Part shown: in pieces, positions 1 to 12,837 of the stretch
Numbering within the stretch: position 1 is the first letter of the stretch
How the letters are laid out: each line of letters begins with the position of its first letter
Assembly (NCBI RefSeq): GCF_964188315.1
Contig: NC_135666.1
Coordinates: forward strand, 37,200,001-37,264,000
From: Podarcis muralis
Taxonomy: Eukaryota
Direction of reading: 5' to 3'
Length of the DNA: 64,000 bases
The notes under the pieces: model-generated
Databases searched by the model: none
What the model was told of the DNA's origin: nothing
Seen by the model: only the letters and a program-made list of their open reading frames with translations
Program-made: the position numbers and the translations under genes

Positions 1-50
1 CACACAGCATCTGATGGGCTTTGTGCAGCAGCAGCACACGCCCCCCCCCC

Positions 51-153
51 AACCTGGTGCCTTCCAGATATTTTGGACTACAACTCTCTTCAGCCACAGC
101 CAGGCCTGCAGCAGTGGATATTTGCAGTCCAAAATATCTAGGCTACCACCTGA
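51..153. mobile_element. Degenerate palindromic hAT-type MITE (ggactacaactc family)
   Basis: Inverted arms tccagatattttggactacaa (63-83) and ttgcagtccaaaatatctagg (122-142). Confidence 0.6.
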
Positions 154-604
154 TATCATAAAACCCCCTTTGCCCCCTGTCCCATCCTGGAAGCAGTTTT
201 GTGCTCCTGGGTATGATATTGTTACAACTAGAAATATTAACACTAGTTCCTTTGAGAAGAAGTGGGGAATAGAATTATGATTACTGTTGTGGTTACCATT
301 ATTAGAATTAAAGTTTACTAAATTTACAGGTGATGCTTCTTCCTCTGTTTAAAAAGGGAACCTCTGTGGAAAATAAGGAGAAGGACAAGACTGGGTAGTG
401 AATTAAGTGTTCAGCTTACTGGTCTGTATGCCACTTATGTTGTGGCAGAAAGAGCCTCAACCTGCAGAAAGAAAATCCATTGCGATTCCTGCTTCAATGT
501 TACATCTGTAGGCACCCTCAAAAAACTGAGGCTGAAATATGGTGAGTCACCCGGGAAGGATGGTACGCATTGTGGAAGACTTATTTCCTCCCATTATACA
601 ATAG

Positions 605-676
605 TTTATTTTATTTCACTTAAAACTACACTACGGGTCCATTTTTTATTTTGTTTTATTTGCTGCAGTCTTTATT
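605..676 (-). terminator. SKAP2: Cluster of four AATAAA poly(A) signals, candidate SKAP2 3' end
   Basis: tttatt on + at 605-610, 645-650, 655-660 and 671-676, just inside the predicted terminal exon. Confidence 0.55.
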
Positions 677-698
677 AACAGAACTCCAGCGAAGATTC

Positions 699-776
699 CT
701 GGAAAAGAAATCTGTATGAAACAGAGAGCAAGGAACATATAAGCCATTACAGAAGATTGAATTAAAATGTACTTAC
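699..776 (-). other. SKAP2: Small 3'-UTR intron of SKAP2 (78 nt; alternative acceptor at 712 gives 65 nt)
   Basis: Consensus donor GTAAGT 9 nt after the stop. Pyrimidine-rich body ends ...CATACAG ATTTCTTTTCCAG. Confidence 0.7.
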
Positions 777-785
777 CCGGGCCTC

Positions 786-878
786 TCAAATATCATACAT
801 CTCCATTATGTAGGCTCTAGGCACCAAGCCAATGGTTCCTTTCATTTCTCCTACCCACCAGCCAAATCTACCGTACTC
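786..878 (-). CDS. SKAP2: SKAP2 last coding exon (exon 12 equivalent), SH3 C-half plus stop: EYGRFGWWVGEMKGTIGLVPRAYIMEMYDI*
   Basis: Matches human EYNRYGWWVGEMKGAIGLVPKAYIMEMYDI*. Acceptor aattag, TGA at 786-788. The exon continues 9 nt to donor GTAAGT at 776. Confidence 0.98.
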   Translation of the reverse strand, partial: EYGRFGWWVGEMKGTIGLVPRAYIMEMYDI

Positions 879-1100
879 CTAATTGAAAACAATATGCAAT
901 ATTAACCTTTAGTCTGATATAAATGCAATAGAGTTTTTGCATGTGACTCCTTAGGTTTCCTCCTTATATACAGTTACAAAAGCATGAATGGAAAATTAAA
1001 ACATTAAGGAATTGCGTGTGTATGTGTTTCTGAAGCACTTGAAATGCAGTTAAGCAAAACAGGAAATTACATTTTTAAAGACTATCTGTTACTACGTCCT

Positions 1101-1141
1101 AGAGAGAGAGACAGCGAGAAAGAGAGACGAGAGAGAGAGAA
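1101..1141. repeat. Imperfect (AG)n microsatellite
   Basis: Visible run. Confidence 0.8.
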
Positions 1142-1389
1142 ATACTAACTACCTATAGCAAGCCAAAATTCACTCAATGAGCAATACAGAATGTGATTGT
1201 ACTAATGTCTTGTTTTGTAGAGTTTGTATATACGTCTAGTTGTTGTTTTTAACAGTAATATCCAAACCATGCAGTCTTCACTGGCCTTATTTCATTCCTG
1301 GTTACCCAACTTTGCTTTTCCTCATTTAATGGTTCACCTTGAACTTGCTGGTTTCGCCTGCTTCGCTTCTCCCTGCTACTCTGAAGGAG

Positions 1390-1660
1390 AAATAAACCAA
1401 TGATCTCTGGCTCAGTATTATGTCTAAATCAAGGATCGTGGCTCATTTCACGCCAAACACATCACGATCTGGAGCCATGGTTTGTTCTTGGCTTACTAAC
1501 TGTGGTTGGAACAAAACATACTAAAAACCCAGGATTGGATGAACACAATACAAACCAAGAGATCATGGTTTGTGTCTCCCACACTCAAATGGGGAGCAAA
1601 GTGAGCAAGATCAGGAAATCATTAACTGTGGTTTACTGTATCGTGTGAACTGGGTCATTG
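1390..1660. mobile_element. Old non-autonomous DNA-transposon-like repeat (aaaccatggtt-rich, possibly Harbinger MITE)
   Basis: Recurrent aaacca/tggttt motifs and terminal tgtgaactgggtc. Related tracts near 16540-16720 and 46630-46930. Confidence 0.35.
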
Positions 1661-2959
1661 TGTGTTGTGGGTTTTGGTTTGGTATTATCACTGGTATACT
1701 TATTATTATTATTATTTTGAAATACAGGTCATGAGGCTCATGGGGTGAATTCCCCTACAGCCAAGAGAGCCTTACTCTGCCTTCTTTTTACATTCTTTCA
1801 CCCAAAACCGTATCAACAGCTGACATTTGAAAACTAATACTTTATAATAAGGTATGGAGATCAGCTGGGAGCCATTCAGTAACGCAGCCTTGAGCCGTAA
1901 AGAACCTTGGTTAGTTAAGTTCACATATATGCCAAGTTAAGTTGACGTAGAGGGGCGATGCTCCCCACACACACAGCCTCTATCCCTTCTCAGAATTCAC
2001 CATTGCTTTATGCGGAAAATTCTATCACAGTTCTCATATGCCTGACAGGTGACTAATGCATTTTGGTATGAAATTTGCTTAGGCGTAGCGAGATAAATCT
2101 GGAACAAAACAAGTATATGATAGTTTAAGGAAATAATATTTTCCAAAAGCAATACCAAGTAAGAGCATTGTGGGATCCAAATTTAATTTCTGTCCCTCTG
2201 AGGTAAATATTGTTAAGATCAATCCTAACAGCAGCTCAATAACTTCCAGCTGCTGAAATTGCCCCTTCGTACGCTGCGTGGAGCAGGCAACAGTATGAAA
2301 ACAGAGAGCTCATTCCAAAATCAGGCTGACAGTGACCACATGAGGGACGAGGAAAGGAGAAACGCAGAGAGACTTTGATATAGGAGAGAGAATCAACCTT
2401 CTGCTGCAAATGTAGAGAATTTCTGCAGAATAAAGTAAGCTGTTTTCTACCTGAATCTAAGCACTGGTGGCAGTCTGAATGGATTCCGGCATGTATGTGA
2501 GATGCAAATTTTACCTGTCCTTTTCTACAGATTATATGAAAAGGATCAAAATTATACCCAACCCTTACAGGGATTTCTTCAACAACCTGGTTCACTCATG
2601 CTATATATATTATCCCCAAAGCCCATAAACTTCCCACCCCAACTCCTCCATCTCTCATAAATGTACGTCTCCCAGTCACTTCCACCCATTAGCCTGGATT
2701 GTGCTGTTCAAACAATCCAAACTACACCTTGCTTCCTGAAATATGTCACACCTTTTTCTTTTCATTTTTCAAAGGGCTTCTCCTTAATTTATAATTTGAC
2801 ATTAACTGTTTAGTGTGAAAGCAGAATTTCTTCTGCAGGTAAATCAACAATGGCGGATCGTGGATCTGTCAAGTCTGAATCTGTCAAGATAAGATCCTGG
2901 TGCCTCTTTGTAAATTTAAAAATTTAGTGGGGTGGGGGAGAGAATCAATGAAATCAAGG

Positions 2960-3120
2960 CTATTAATGGCTACTCAGGTCGGTGGGTAGAGTGCAATGCT
3001 CAGATTCTGCTTTGGGGCTTCTTATGGGCATCTGGTTGGCTACTGTGGGAAGAGCATGTTGGAATAGATGGGCCATTGGCCTCATCCAGCAGGATCTTCC
3101 TTTGCTCTCAGATAAAAAGA
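2960..3120 (+). mobile_element. Old CR1-type LINE 3' UTR fragment
   Basis: ...gggcatctggttggctactgtggga...gatgggccattggcctcatccagcagg; reverse-complement relative of 34761-34860. Confidence 0.55.
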
Positions 3121-3124
3121 TGTA

Positions 3125-3387
3125 CCGTATTTTTCATTCTATGAGACGCACCAGACCACAAGACGCACCTAGTTTTTGGAGGAGGAAAACAAGGGAAAAA
3201 AAAATATTCTGAATCTCAGAAGCCAGAACAGCAAGAGTGATTGCTGTGCAGTGAAAACAGCAATCCCTCTTGCTGTTCTGGCTTCTGGGATAGCTGCGCA
3301 GCCTGCATTCGCTCCATAAGACGCATGCACATTTCCCCCTTGCTTTTTAGGAGGGAAAAAGTGAGTCTTATAGAGCAAAAAATATGG
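3125..3387. mobile_element. Tc2/pogo-type (TcMar) MITE with TA target duplication
   Basis: TA-ccgtatttttc ... gcaaaaaatatgg-TA inverted termini. Second copy at 57124-57382. Confidence 0.85.
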
Positions 3388-3404
3388 TAATCTGGCTAGG
3401 ATGT

Positions 3405-3700
3405 AGCCAGTGTGGTGTAGTGGTTAAGAGCGGTAGTCTCGTAATCTGGGGAACCAGGTTCGTGTCTCCGCTCCTCCACATGCAGCTGCTGGGTGACCTT
3501 GGGCTAGTCTCGCTTCTCTGAAGTCTCTCAGCCCCACTCACCTCACAGAGTGTTTGTTGTGGGGGAGGAAGGGAAAGGAGAATGTTAGCCGCTTTGAGAC
3601 TCCTTAAAGGAAGTGAAAGGCGGGATATCAAATCCAAACTCCTCCTCCTCTTCTTCTTCTTCTTCTTCTTCTTCTTCTTCTTCTTCTTCTTCTACTACTA
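3405..3700 (+). mobile_element. tRNA/CORE (MIR-derived, Squam3-like) SINE with (CTT)n tail
   Basis: A-box tgtggtgtagtgg, B-box-like ggttcgtgtc, CORE-like gggtgaccttgggc, (CTT)n tail. Possible TSD aggatgt at 3398-3404 and 3704-3710. Confidence 0.85.
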
Positions 3701-6700
3701 TACAGGATGTCTTACACATCTTACACATGTGTAAGTGTGTGTATGGCTCTGTGTGCGTGCATGCGAGCCCACACAGTAATACCCTAACATAAACAAGATG
3801 GCAGAGTTTTCATGACGGACACAATCTTTTATTTTACGCCTAACTTCGCCTGGATATTAAAAACAAAGGCCATGAGATACGCTAAGCACATTAGTTTAAC
3901 TGAGCACCTACAGCGAGAAGCATGCCCAGGCTCTGCTTCAAAAGCCCTGCACCTTCAGGGGAACAAGAGAAGTCCCAAGGAAGAAGTGGGATTTCCCCTT
4001 TGCCCACTGGAGTGAATGGTGCTGGTTCATCAGCACATACAGCAACCAGGCCAACGACTCTCCTGCTGCAGTTTCGAAACGATTGTTCTGGGGCCAAAAC
4101 CCTTAAAGGCAAAGAGGAGCTTTGCCGCCGCACCAAGGGTTCAGATGTTCCAGCTGTGTGTGTGTGTTTAATAAACACATGTTTCATCCCACATTAGGCT
4201 GCTTAAATATACAATCCATGTCCCTGCAGACTTAAAGAGCGAGCAATCACTCACGGTGCCAGCCCTCACCTGTGCGGGAGGGAATGGTGCCAAGAAAGCT
4301 TTCCCAAAAAATAAGAGAAAGAAGAGAAAGTCGGGGGGGCACTTTCTGAACACTAGCCGCAGAAATCGTTCATAGATGGGGCAGGGAGCAAAACAACGTG
4401 AGGTTTGCGGAAGGCTGCTTTAGTTAAGTGATCATTAAAGGCTTTTACGACTAATGGCAGAGAATAAAAGCAGTCTCCTAAATTACAGAATGGAAATATC
4501 CCATGCAGACATTTCAGGAACTTGGAAATAACACGTATTTTGCGGTGGGCGGGCGGAGAGAAGGCTGCTTCAGAAGAATCCAATTAAATTAAATTTAAAA
4601 CCAAATTTCTCCTCCTTTTCGAAAACAATTTCTAGCTGCTAGGAATATACAGTTTAATGCACTTGCATGAAGCTAAACCTGAAGATGAAGTGGCTGGTGA
4701 TGCAACAGTCTAGTAAGCTAATTTATGGATTGGCTGCAGACATCGGCCCAGGAAGAGGCAGAAGCCTGCAACCCAGATGCTTTTATTTTATCATTACTAT
4801 TCTTGGTATGAGCCTCACGAGCAACATGAATCCCAATTAGAGCATTTGTAGTATAAGCAAGTAGGAATGAAAACACAGGCCCCGCGTGTGTTGTGGGAAG
4901 GCCATATTTTAACCTTCGGCTGGAGTCGTTATTGCAGAGAGACCTCTTTCTAACCGGTTAATGTATTTACATCTCTCTCTTCTTTTTTTAAAAGAGTGCT
5001 TCTGACTTTCATATGCACACAAAAACCAATTTGATCCTGCTCTTAGAGCTCTGTTACAGATACATTACTTACAAGTGACTCTAAAGGTAATTGATTCGGG
5101 CTACTCTGAGAGTCATATATGCTAGTTATTGAACTAGCACGCACATATGGAATAAAAAGCCTTAACATTCACCTCCAGGGAAAATATAAGCATTAGGGCA
5201 ATTCATATATTCTAGGTTCCCTGAAAACCAACAAGCTGCCATACATTTTGATTCACGGCTCGGGGGTCCTGCGTAAGTGGAAAAGCACATACGCTTGTGC
5301 AAGGCAGCCCCACCTTGTTCTCCTGTGCCACAAATCCCACTGTGAGGGTCTGTCGCGGGCAGGAATGCAGTGATGGTGAGCCAGCAAAGCTCTGTTGCAC
5401 AATCAGAGATCAGCTCAATCTACTCCGGATTCAGCCATTTATTATTTGTACATCAACTCGGCATCAACAGCAAAATATGACTGACCGCATTATATCATAA
5501 TGCAGGTAAGACGCATGTAGCCACTCCTTCATAACTAAATGCTAGGAGACAAAATAATTTATGCTATGGAACAGCTCCATCTCATTCAGGAGATTGCAAA
5601 GATTCTTGCAACACTGCCAACAGCAACGCTCTGTTCATTACAGGGAGGTCTCTCAAATTTAAAAGCCGGTCTTTATCCTACAGCCAGTGAACGACAGCAT
5701 CAATCAGCAAATTATTTAATATTTGTGGGGAAACAGCACCGTGAGAGCCTGTTGTGTAAGCTGCTTATTTATACCTTATTCAGGTATGAATAAGCCTACT
5801 ATCTGGTATTCCTCAGCATATGAAGGTGGAGTGTGTATTCTTCCCACCAGCTCCAGCTTGGGCAATTGACTCCACTTCAGAGAGACTGATAAAATAATGA
5901 AGAGTCCTTTAATCTGCAGGAAACCATTCCAGTCAATTTATAAGAAATATTGCATTCCTTTGTAGGATGTGTAATTATTTTCTATTAATCATGCGCTATA
6001 AAGCTACATGATGTGGTTATTCTGTTATCGCTAGGAAGAGGCCTGCAGTCAGCTCCTGACAATGTTAGGTAATTATGAACACAAAGCTTCTTTCTCTTTC
6101 TGTAGAAATGCTATCAAGATCCAGGAGCACTGTAATGCTTTATTGTATGAAAATAACACTCGGAAGAAATTAAAGAGCCACATAATGAATGGCTTAAAGG
6201 CAAATGTGTGCATGGCCGGGAAACGAGGAGGGAGGAAGAGAAGGCAGAAAAAAAATACTTTAAAATTTTGTGGAAGGAAAACTATAAAGGGACAACCAAC
6301 AGTGACGTTTTCAAAATAAGCCATGCACCCAAATTTCATCTGGAACTATTAGCCATCCTTCCCGAAGCACTTAATGCAAGTATCTGGCTACCTGAAATTA
6401 TAGCTGTGACTCAGAACACAGTTACAGCTGCTTAAATCACAGTGACATCTATTTATTGGTTTATTTAAAGATCAATTTATTTCTACACCTGCGGCTCAGC
6501 CCAAAAAAGGTTCCCAGAGCAGCTCACAAAGATCAGTAATCTGTCAGCCCTTGCTTATCATTAGACAGAAGACAGAAGGAAAGGATTGGGAGGAAAGCAA
6601 ATTTAGGCCCTGGATCTTAAGTACAACCTTATACCTGGAATGGAAACAGTTCAAAAGAAGAGGAGGAGCCAAAGGTTGCTGGTCTTTGGGCAGAGCCAAT

Positions 6701-9700
6701 AGGATGATCCTGCTTCCCTCCTCTTGCTCAGAGGCTGCCCAATGAAAAACGGCTGATGCAAGTGACAAGGGAGTTTTTAGCTGGCTTAAGTTGGTGTAGG
6801 ATTTTGCCGCAAACTTCAGTACAATCAGAATCTCGCTAATATAACAGAACTAAATAAAAAAGCAACACTAACGGTAAAGTAGCTGAGAACTTTTAAAGAA
6901 AGAAATGGCATGTGCTTTTTTAGTATAATAGAAATTGCAGGTTTTCTACAATTACCACCCAAAAATAATAATAAAAAAATGGTTCAAATGGATGAATATG
7001 GGAAGATTTACGTAGCAACTCTTTAACATAAAAATAAAATGTGCACTTACTCCAACTAGGCAACAGAGACCCTGATCTTACTAAGGTTACCCAAGTAGAT
7101 AAAATGAATTATCTGTGGAGAACTTGTCCCGGACGCACAAAATCCCATCATTTGCCTTCGTAATATGAATTTCCAGGGCCTTCTCTCTGCAGGCAGGTGT
7201 GAGGGTGTTTATAACAGCAAAATGCAGAACACGACATTTTATGTTACTAAGTTGCTGAAGTCACAAGTAGCTTAAGTTAATATACTCAGTTTGTGATTCA
7301 AACTATACTGTGGTTTGAAATGCATGGGAAAAGAGCTGCTGGGTGGACAGCCCTGACTTCCAGCCAAGGCACTGGTTTAGATTGCCTTTTCAAACTGTCT
7401 AACTCTTTGATGCTGTGACTCAAAGAGAGCTCATCAAAAGCTTTTTGATTATACAACCCTCTCACACCCGAGTATGAACTCGCCCATCAAAAACTTCCTA
7501 AACTTGAGATGCCCATGACAGAATACAGAGGTTCTGGCCTTCCCTTCTCCTTGTTTTGTAAACTTTCTACTTTAAACTTTTCTACTTCCAAGCATGAATC
7601 TCTGGTGGTACAGAGGACTGCTAAACAGTAGCATACCAGACACAGTGAGTTTGAATGGAATCTAAATGGCTAAGCTTGAGGTTGAAGCGATTTACAGCTA
7701 CGATTCAAACTCATACAGGAGCCCCGGAAAAGTTGGTTGCTCTATTATTATTATTATTATTATTATTAAGAGCAGCGGAAACAGAGAGATCGCAACAACA
7801 CAATTGAATCACTCCGTGGCTGAGTGGCACTGAAGTTTTAAACCAGGTCCAGGGGAAACCCTGTCCACTGACATGCACTAGATTCTGTGCTGAACTATTT
7901 TGATACAAAGTCATCCCAAGTCTAGATTGGATTTAGTAAAGCAACACATTAAGATCAACTCTAAGTATCTTTTTACAGTTTATAGAAGTATCTTTCTGCA
8001 ACGTGTGATTTGTACACAGTTGTTTTTAACAAAGTTTCAAACCAGCAGTCAGTTCAATAGCACAGAAATATCAAATACTATCTATGTATATATTTAAAAA
8101 AAAAAGTTGATGAAATACGTAACCTACAGATATATTCCAGAGTAAGTGGATAATGGGCATTATATGATACAAAGCTGGATTTCTAGCTCTGATATAACTG
8201 GAAGTGAAAGACTGTAAACTATTTTAATAGATTTCTGTTTGCTTGCTGGACAAAGTTGCTGGTTAAGAGAAGGGTTTTGTTTTTCCCTAAAACTACTTTG
8301 GTCATTACTGTGTACTTCTACTACTACAAACAGGAAGACAATGTTGAGCGTATTTTCCGTTTATAAGCAAAAGCTCCAAAAAGATGTTCAAGCAGAGCTG
8401 AGCCTATACTTCATTTTTTAAGGACTGCTAGCCTTGTGGTGCATGGACATGTGCTGAATTAGAAACAGGAAATAAGCAGCGATAATAATCTCTGAACTAC
8501 GGCACACATCATCCCAGTAAATGTTATTGATTGCTCTGAAAATAGGAGTGTATAAGTCTGGGTTGGCAGAATATCTGGCTATAAGGCTATATTCTGCCAG
8601 AATCCAGATTTGTGTTATAAAAATAATAAGGAGGGGCCTGCTAATATACTCAACATAATCATTTGCACCTGGCACATGAAATTATGCCATTCTACAACAT
8701 GAAATTATCTCATAGCAAGATAGCTCACACCCTCCTTACTGCATAATGTGGGCCACAGTGTCCCTAACAAAGGCTTGGAGCAAAATGAAGACTTGCACAT
8801 TTCTATCAAAAGTTTATGTTTAAAGCTGAAGAGTCCATGCTGCAGGTATTTTGGAGCATGCAGCTTGCGAAAAGAACAACAGGGTCTGGTACTAAGCAAT
8901 CTTTTTCTAAATGAAAAGTTTTTTATTCCTAAAACGGTGTTATTTTAGGGTCCCCAAAACCTACATTTATATTCCTATTTTTATTCCTATTTTAAACCTG
9001 GTTTTAAAATTTAGCCAACAGTAGGGGAGAAAGTTTCCTTTAAAAATAAAAAAAAGTTAGTTACAATATTTCAAAAGTGAATACTGATCCTTCCCCCCTT
9101 GTTAGAATCCTCAGTACTGAAAACAACAAATTATATTATGAAGGTAGGAAACCACCTGAAGATTTTTTTTTCTTGCATAAAAGTCAGGATAAAGCAAACA
9201 CAAAGTATTAACAAACAACACAACACTTTGTGGTACTGGGCATGAGATCAGAAACGTATGGGAGCCTGCGTGCAGTCAGAATGTGCCTATATAATATTGC
9301 TATTAAGTTTAAAATCAAAAAGATGATAGGGGAAGGAGGAGACTATAACCCTGCGAACTTTACACATACAGGAAATATATGTGAAAAAACAGAATATAAA
9401 CCTCTGTACTACTAAAAAGCATTTAAGATCAGTCTTGTGCCCTGTTGCAGTTGCCACTGTTTGCAATAAGATATGAGAAACAAGATGCACAAACAAGAGT
9501 CAAAAGTTGAAGTGTGCGATCCATTTCAAAACCTATGTAAGATCCTACTGTTCTTAAAGTGAAGTTGTTTCCAAATATTTCTTTTAGGGAAGGGAGGAAT
9601 TTGTCAAGACATGGTTAGGAAAAATAATTCTGTTGATCATATTTTAGGAACAACACCCACCCACAAAGTTGTTACTGGCAGAAGCACCAAAGGTATGTTT

Positions 9701-10391
9701 CGGCTCGTTTCATAACTGGTCTTGCTGTTATTTAAATTTCCTCTGCTGAAATGCTTTCTGCCTTCACATGTACTTTATCTTTCAGCTCACATTGCATTCT
9801 TCCCACAACATATAATACTTACCTTTAATTCCTTATCAGCAGAATAAGATTTCCTGAGGATTAATGTCAAGGGGGGCTGATATACGATCAGAAAGTAATA
9901 AGCAATAGCTGAGATCAAGCCAAAGTTGAAATTTATGACACCATTTTGGAACTGCAGACATTAGCGTCTCCCAACACCTGCATCTCTCATTTTCAACCAC
10001 TAGATGGTGTAAAAAATGTTTCTTTAAAAAACAAAAAACTGCCAAAGAATCATCCAAGTGCCATAAAACTAAAGCACCAATTTAGAGGGTTAAGAAGCAT
10101 TTGTTCAAATCCTTCAGCTTAAGAGGTTGTGGATTATATTTTACTGTGTTTATATTCTTAACAAACCCCTTCTCTGGCTGGTAACAGTCAGTTAGACCTT
10201 GAACAGTAGAGGCAGATTATTCCCTAGTGTTTTACTTTCCAAAGTTCCTGAATTCAATGCTGACTAGAGACCTTACTTTGCTGAAATAGCTGCAGTCAAC
10301 AGCCAAAGGCGTGTTGAATTTTCATCAACTTTCTTTAGGGCAAATTCTGAACATAAAACATAGATCGGGAGCAGCTACAACTGATCAAAAC

Positions 10392-10700
10392 CAAGGTGTA
10401 AACTTTTTCAGCAGGGGGCCGGTCCACTGTCCCTCAGACATTGTGGGGGGCCAGACTATATTTTGGAGAAAAAAATGAACAAATTCCTATGCCCCACAAA
10501 TAACCCAGAGATCCATTTTAAATAAAAGCACACATTCTACTCATGTAAAAACACCAGGCAGGCCCCACAAATAACCCAGAGTTGCATTTTGAATAAAAGG
10601 ACACATTCTACTGAAGTAAAAACACACTGGTTCCCAGACTGTCCGCAGGCTGGATTTACAAAGCGATTGGGCCGGATCTGGCCCCCGGGCCTTAGTTTGC
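10392..10700 (+). mobile_element. hAT (Charlie/OC1-like) MITE, right end lost in the N-gap
   Basis: Colinear with the intact copy at 62537-62859, including an internal ~70-bp tandem duplication. Confidence 0.85.
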
Positions 10701-10915
10701 NNNNNNNNNNNNNNNNNNNNNNNNNNNNNNNNNNNNNNNNNNNNNNNNNNNNNNNNNNNNNNNNNNNNNNNNNNNNNNNNNNNNNNNNNNNNNNNNNNNN
10801 NNNNNNNNNNNNNNNNNNNNNNNNNNNNNNNNNNNNNNNNNNNNNNNNNNNNNNNNNNNNNNNNNNNNNNNNNNNNNNNNNNNNNNNNNNNNNNNNNNNN
10901 NNNNNNNNNNNNNNN
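10701..10915. other. Assembly gap (215 N)
   Basis: N run. Confidence 1.
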
Positions 10916-11132
10916 TAGGATTGAAGGGAAAGAGAAGGCATGTTTGCTCCACCTTGTGTTTCTTTGCAAAGTGGAATGCTTTCAGTTCTGGGTCAAATGA
11001 ACCACAAATTTGACTGGTGAAAATCAAGATGCGATTCCTTGTAGGAATGTTTAAAGAGCTGTAGCTGTTTAACATGTTAGTTAACACACTTAAGAGAAAA
11101 GTACAGTAAGACAGTGCTATAAAATAAAAGTG

Positions 11133-11225
11133 TAAGGCTGCAATAGTGCACCCTTTCTTGGGAATAAGCTCTGTTGGAATACAATGGGCCTTACTTCCAG
11201 AAAAGCATGGACAGGATTGCAGAGC
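11133..11225. repeat. Short palindromic reptile repeat (gtaag...cttac family), also at ~35895-35978 and ~62978-63096
   Basis: ggctgcaat...gaataag...cttacttcc...ggattgcag inverted layout recurs three times. Confidence 0.5.
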
Positions 11226-11299
11226 ATGGCCACATACCTGGAAGCTAGCTACTGCATTTAACAAAGCAAAAAGAGTGGCTTAGATATGCCAGGTCTGGA

Positions 11300-11455
11300 T
11301 TTTGGGGAGCTAAATTCCTGCTGTGCCAAGGACTTAGAAGGTGGGCCTGGGAAAGAACCAGTTCCCCATCTGTAAAATGGGAATAAGGATGACCTAACTC
11401 TCATAGTGTTCTGAGGGCAGCTGTGAAACAGAGATATTGTAAATCATTATTATTA
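11300..11455 (+). mobile_element. Ancient MIR/CORE SINE remnant
   Basis: CORE signature cagttccccatctgtaaaatgggaataa. Confidence 0.65.
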
Positions 11456-11565
11456 AGTTATTTTGTTACATCAATAACAAAGCAGAAGAGGTACACTTAG
11501 TTCTAATGAAACACATCTATTTAATTAGAGATACTTTGCACTTTACAGGCGTGGGAAAGGCATGG

Positions 11566-11962
11566 CAGGGTTGCCACTTTTGTTCTGGCAAAATACAGGG
11601 CAGGGCAGTTGGGAGGCATTTATTATTATTATTATCTGGTGCTGAAGTGACTTCAAAGCAATCTATTACAATATACTGCAGCCTATCACAATGGCCCCTC
11701 TGGAATTTATCTGTCTGTCTGTCTCTCTCACACACATACACACAAATTTGTAAATCTGTCTGTACTTGGCTACCCAGAACTTAAATACATGACCTTTCAC
11801 ACACCCTTTCAAAAATATACATTTGGAGAGGTTCCCTAACCTGGGGTGGGAGAGAGAGAGACGACATGAAATACAGGACAAAACTGTATCAATACAGGAC
11901 GTAACATTTTACATTGAAATACGGGACAACCCTGTATTATACAGGAAGAGGTGGCAACCCTA
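11566..11962. mobile_element. hAT-Tip100-like MITE (cagggttgcca...tggcaacccta)
   Basis: Inverted termini plus repeated subterminal aatacaggac motifs; no TSD recovered. Confidence 0.5.
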
Positions 11963-12837
11963 GCAAGAGTATGCCATGAACACTGGCTTGCCAACTCTAC
12001 AGACAGCAAGGATGGGGTTCAAGAAGCAATTGCTCAAAGTATTGCCAGGTATCCAGGCCACAGCCGTGGTTCATTGTCAGGGTTGCCCCTCTAGTTTCTG
12101 CAGAGCAAGAACTGAACATTTTCTGGAAAGGGGGCCTGCTCATTTGTGGAGGAATTGAGGGGGGAAACGAGTCTTAAGTGAGACTAACAACATAATTCCG
12201 TACACGGCTCAAAAATAAAGTCCTGTTGTGTTTGCAACTTAGAGGCGCTGTTACAGTGATCTACTTTCCAGAATAGTTCAATGTTGTAAGAATGAAATAT
12301 TAGTCAGTTGCATACTGACGTTAATTCTGCCTCCTTCAGTAAATGCAAAGGGGAAATTGCACTTTTGCAGAGTGATTAACAGAAAAGAGAGGGAGGGGAA
12401 GCAATGTTGGGAAAGTCAACTGAATCTGTAAACACACACACACAGCCGCTGGTTACTGCTGAGGCCAAAAACTGTGATATGAAAACAATTCCAAAAATTC
12501 CGAGTTCAGCACGTGCAAGAACTGCCAAGGAAGAGGATGTAACGTGTACGCACACAGGAGTTGACAAAGCTAACTTTTACATGCAATTAAGTGCATTGTC
12601 TCCGAGGGAAGCAGAGATAAACATGCTTTAAAGACAATTCCTGTTGCACAATACCACTTCAGATGTGATTACATTCCATTGACAAAATAATTAATGGGCA
12701 AGGAACTTCTGACGGAACGTGAAGGATGTAAAGGAAATGCCAATTTCCTGACACCCTTGAAGGCCACACACTTTCTTTCTTTTTTCTTTACTTCAGCTAT
12801 CTCCTCGTACCTATCTATTCTCGGTAGGATACAGTAC

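Noticed and set aside
2236-2595. 119-aa minus-strand ORF as an extra SKAP2 exon
   Set aside because: No similarity to SKAP2; exons 11 and 12 already join in frame.
10537-11264. Long ORFs containing X runs (also 18440-18767 and 39768-40088)
   Set aside because: Artefacts of N gaps.
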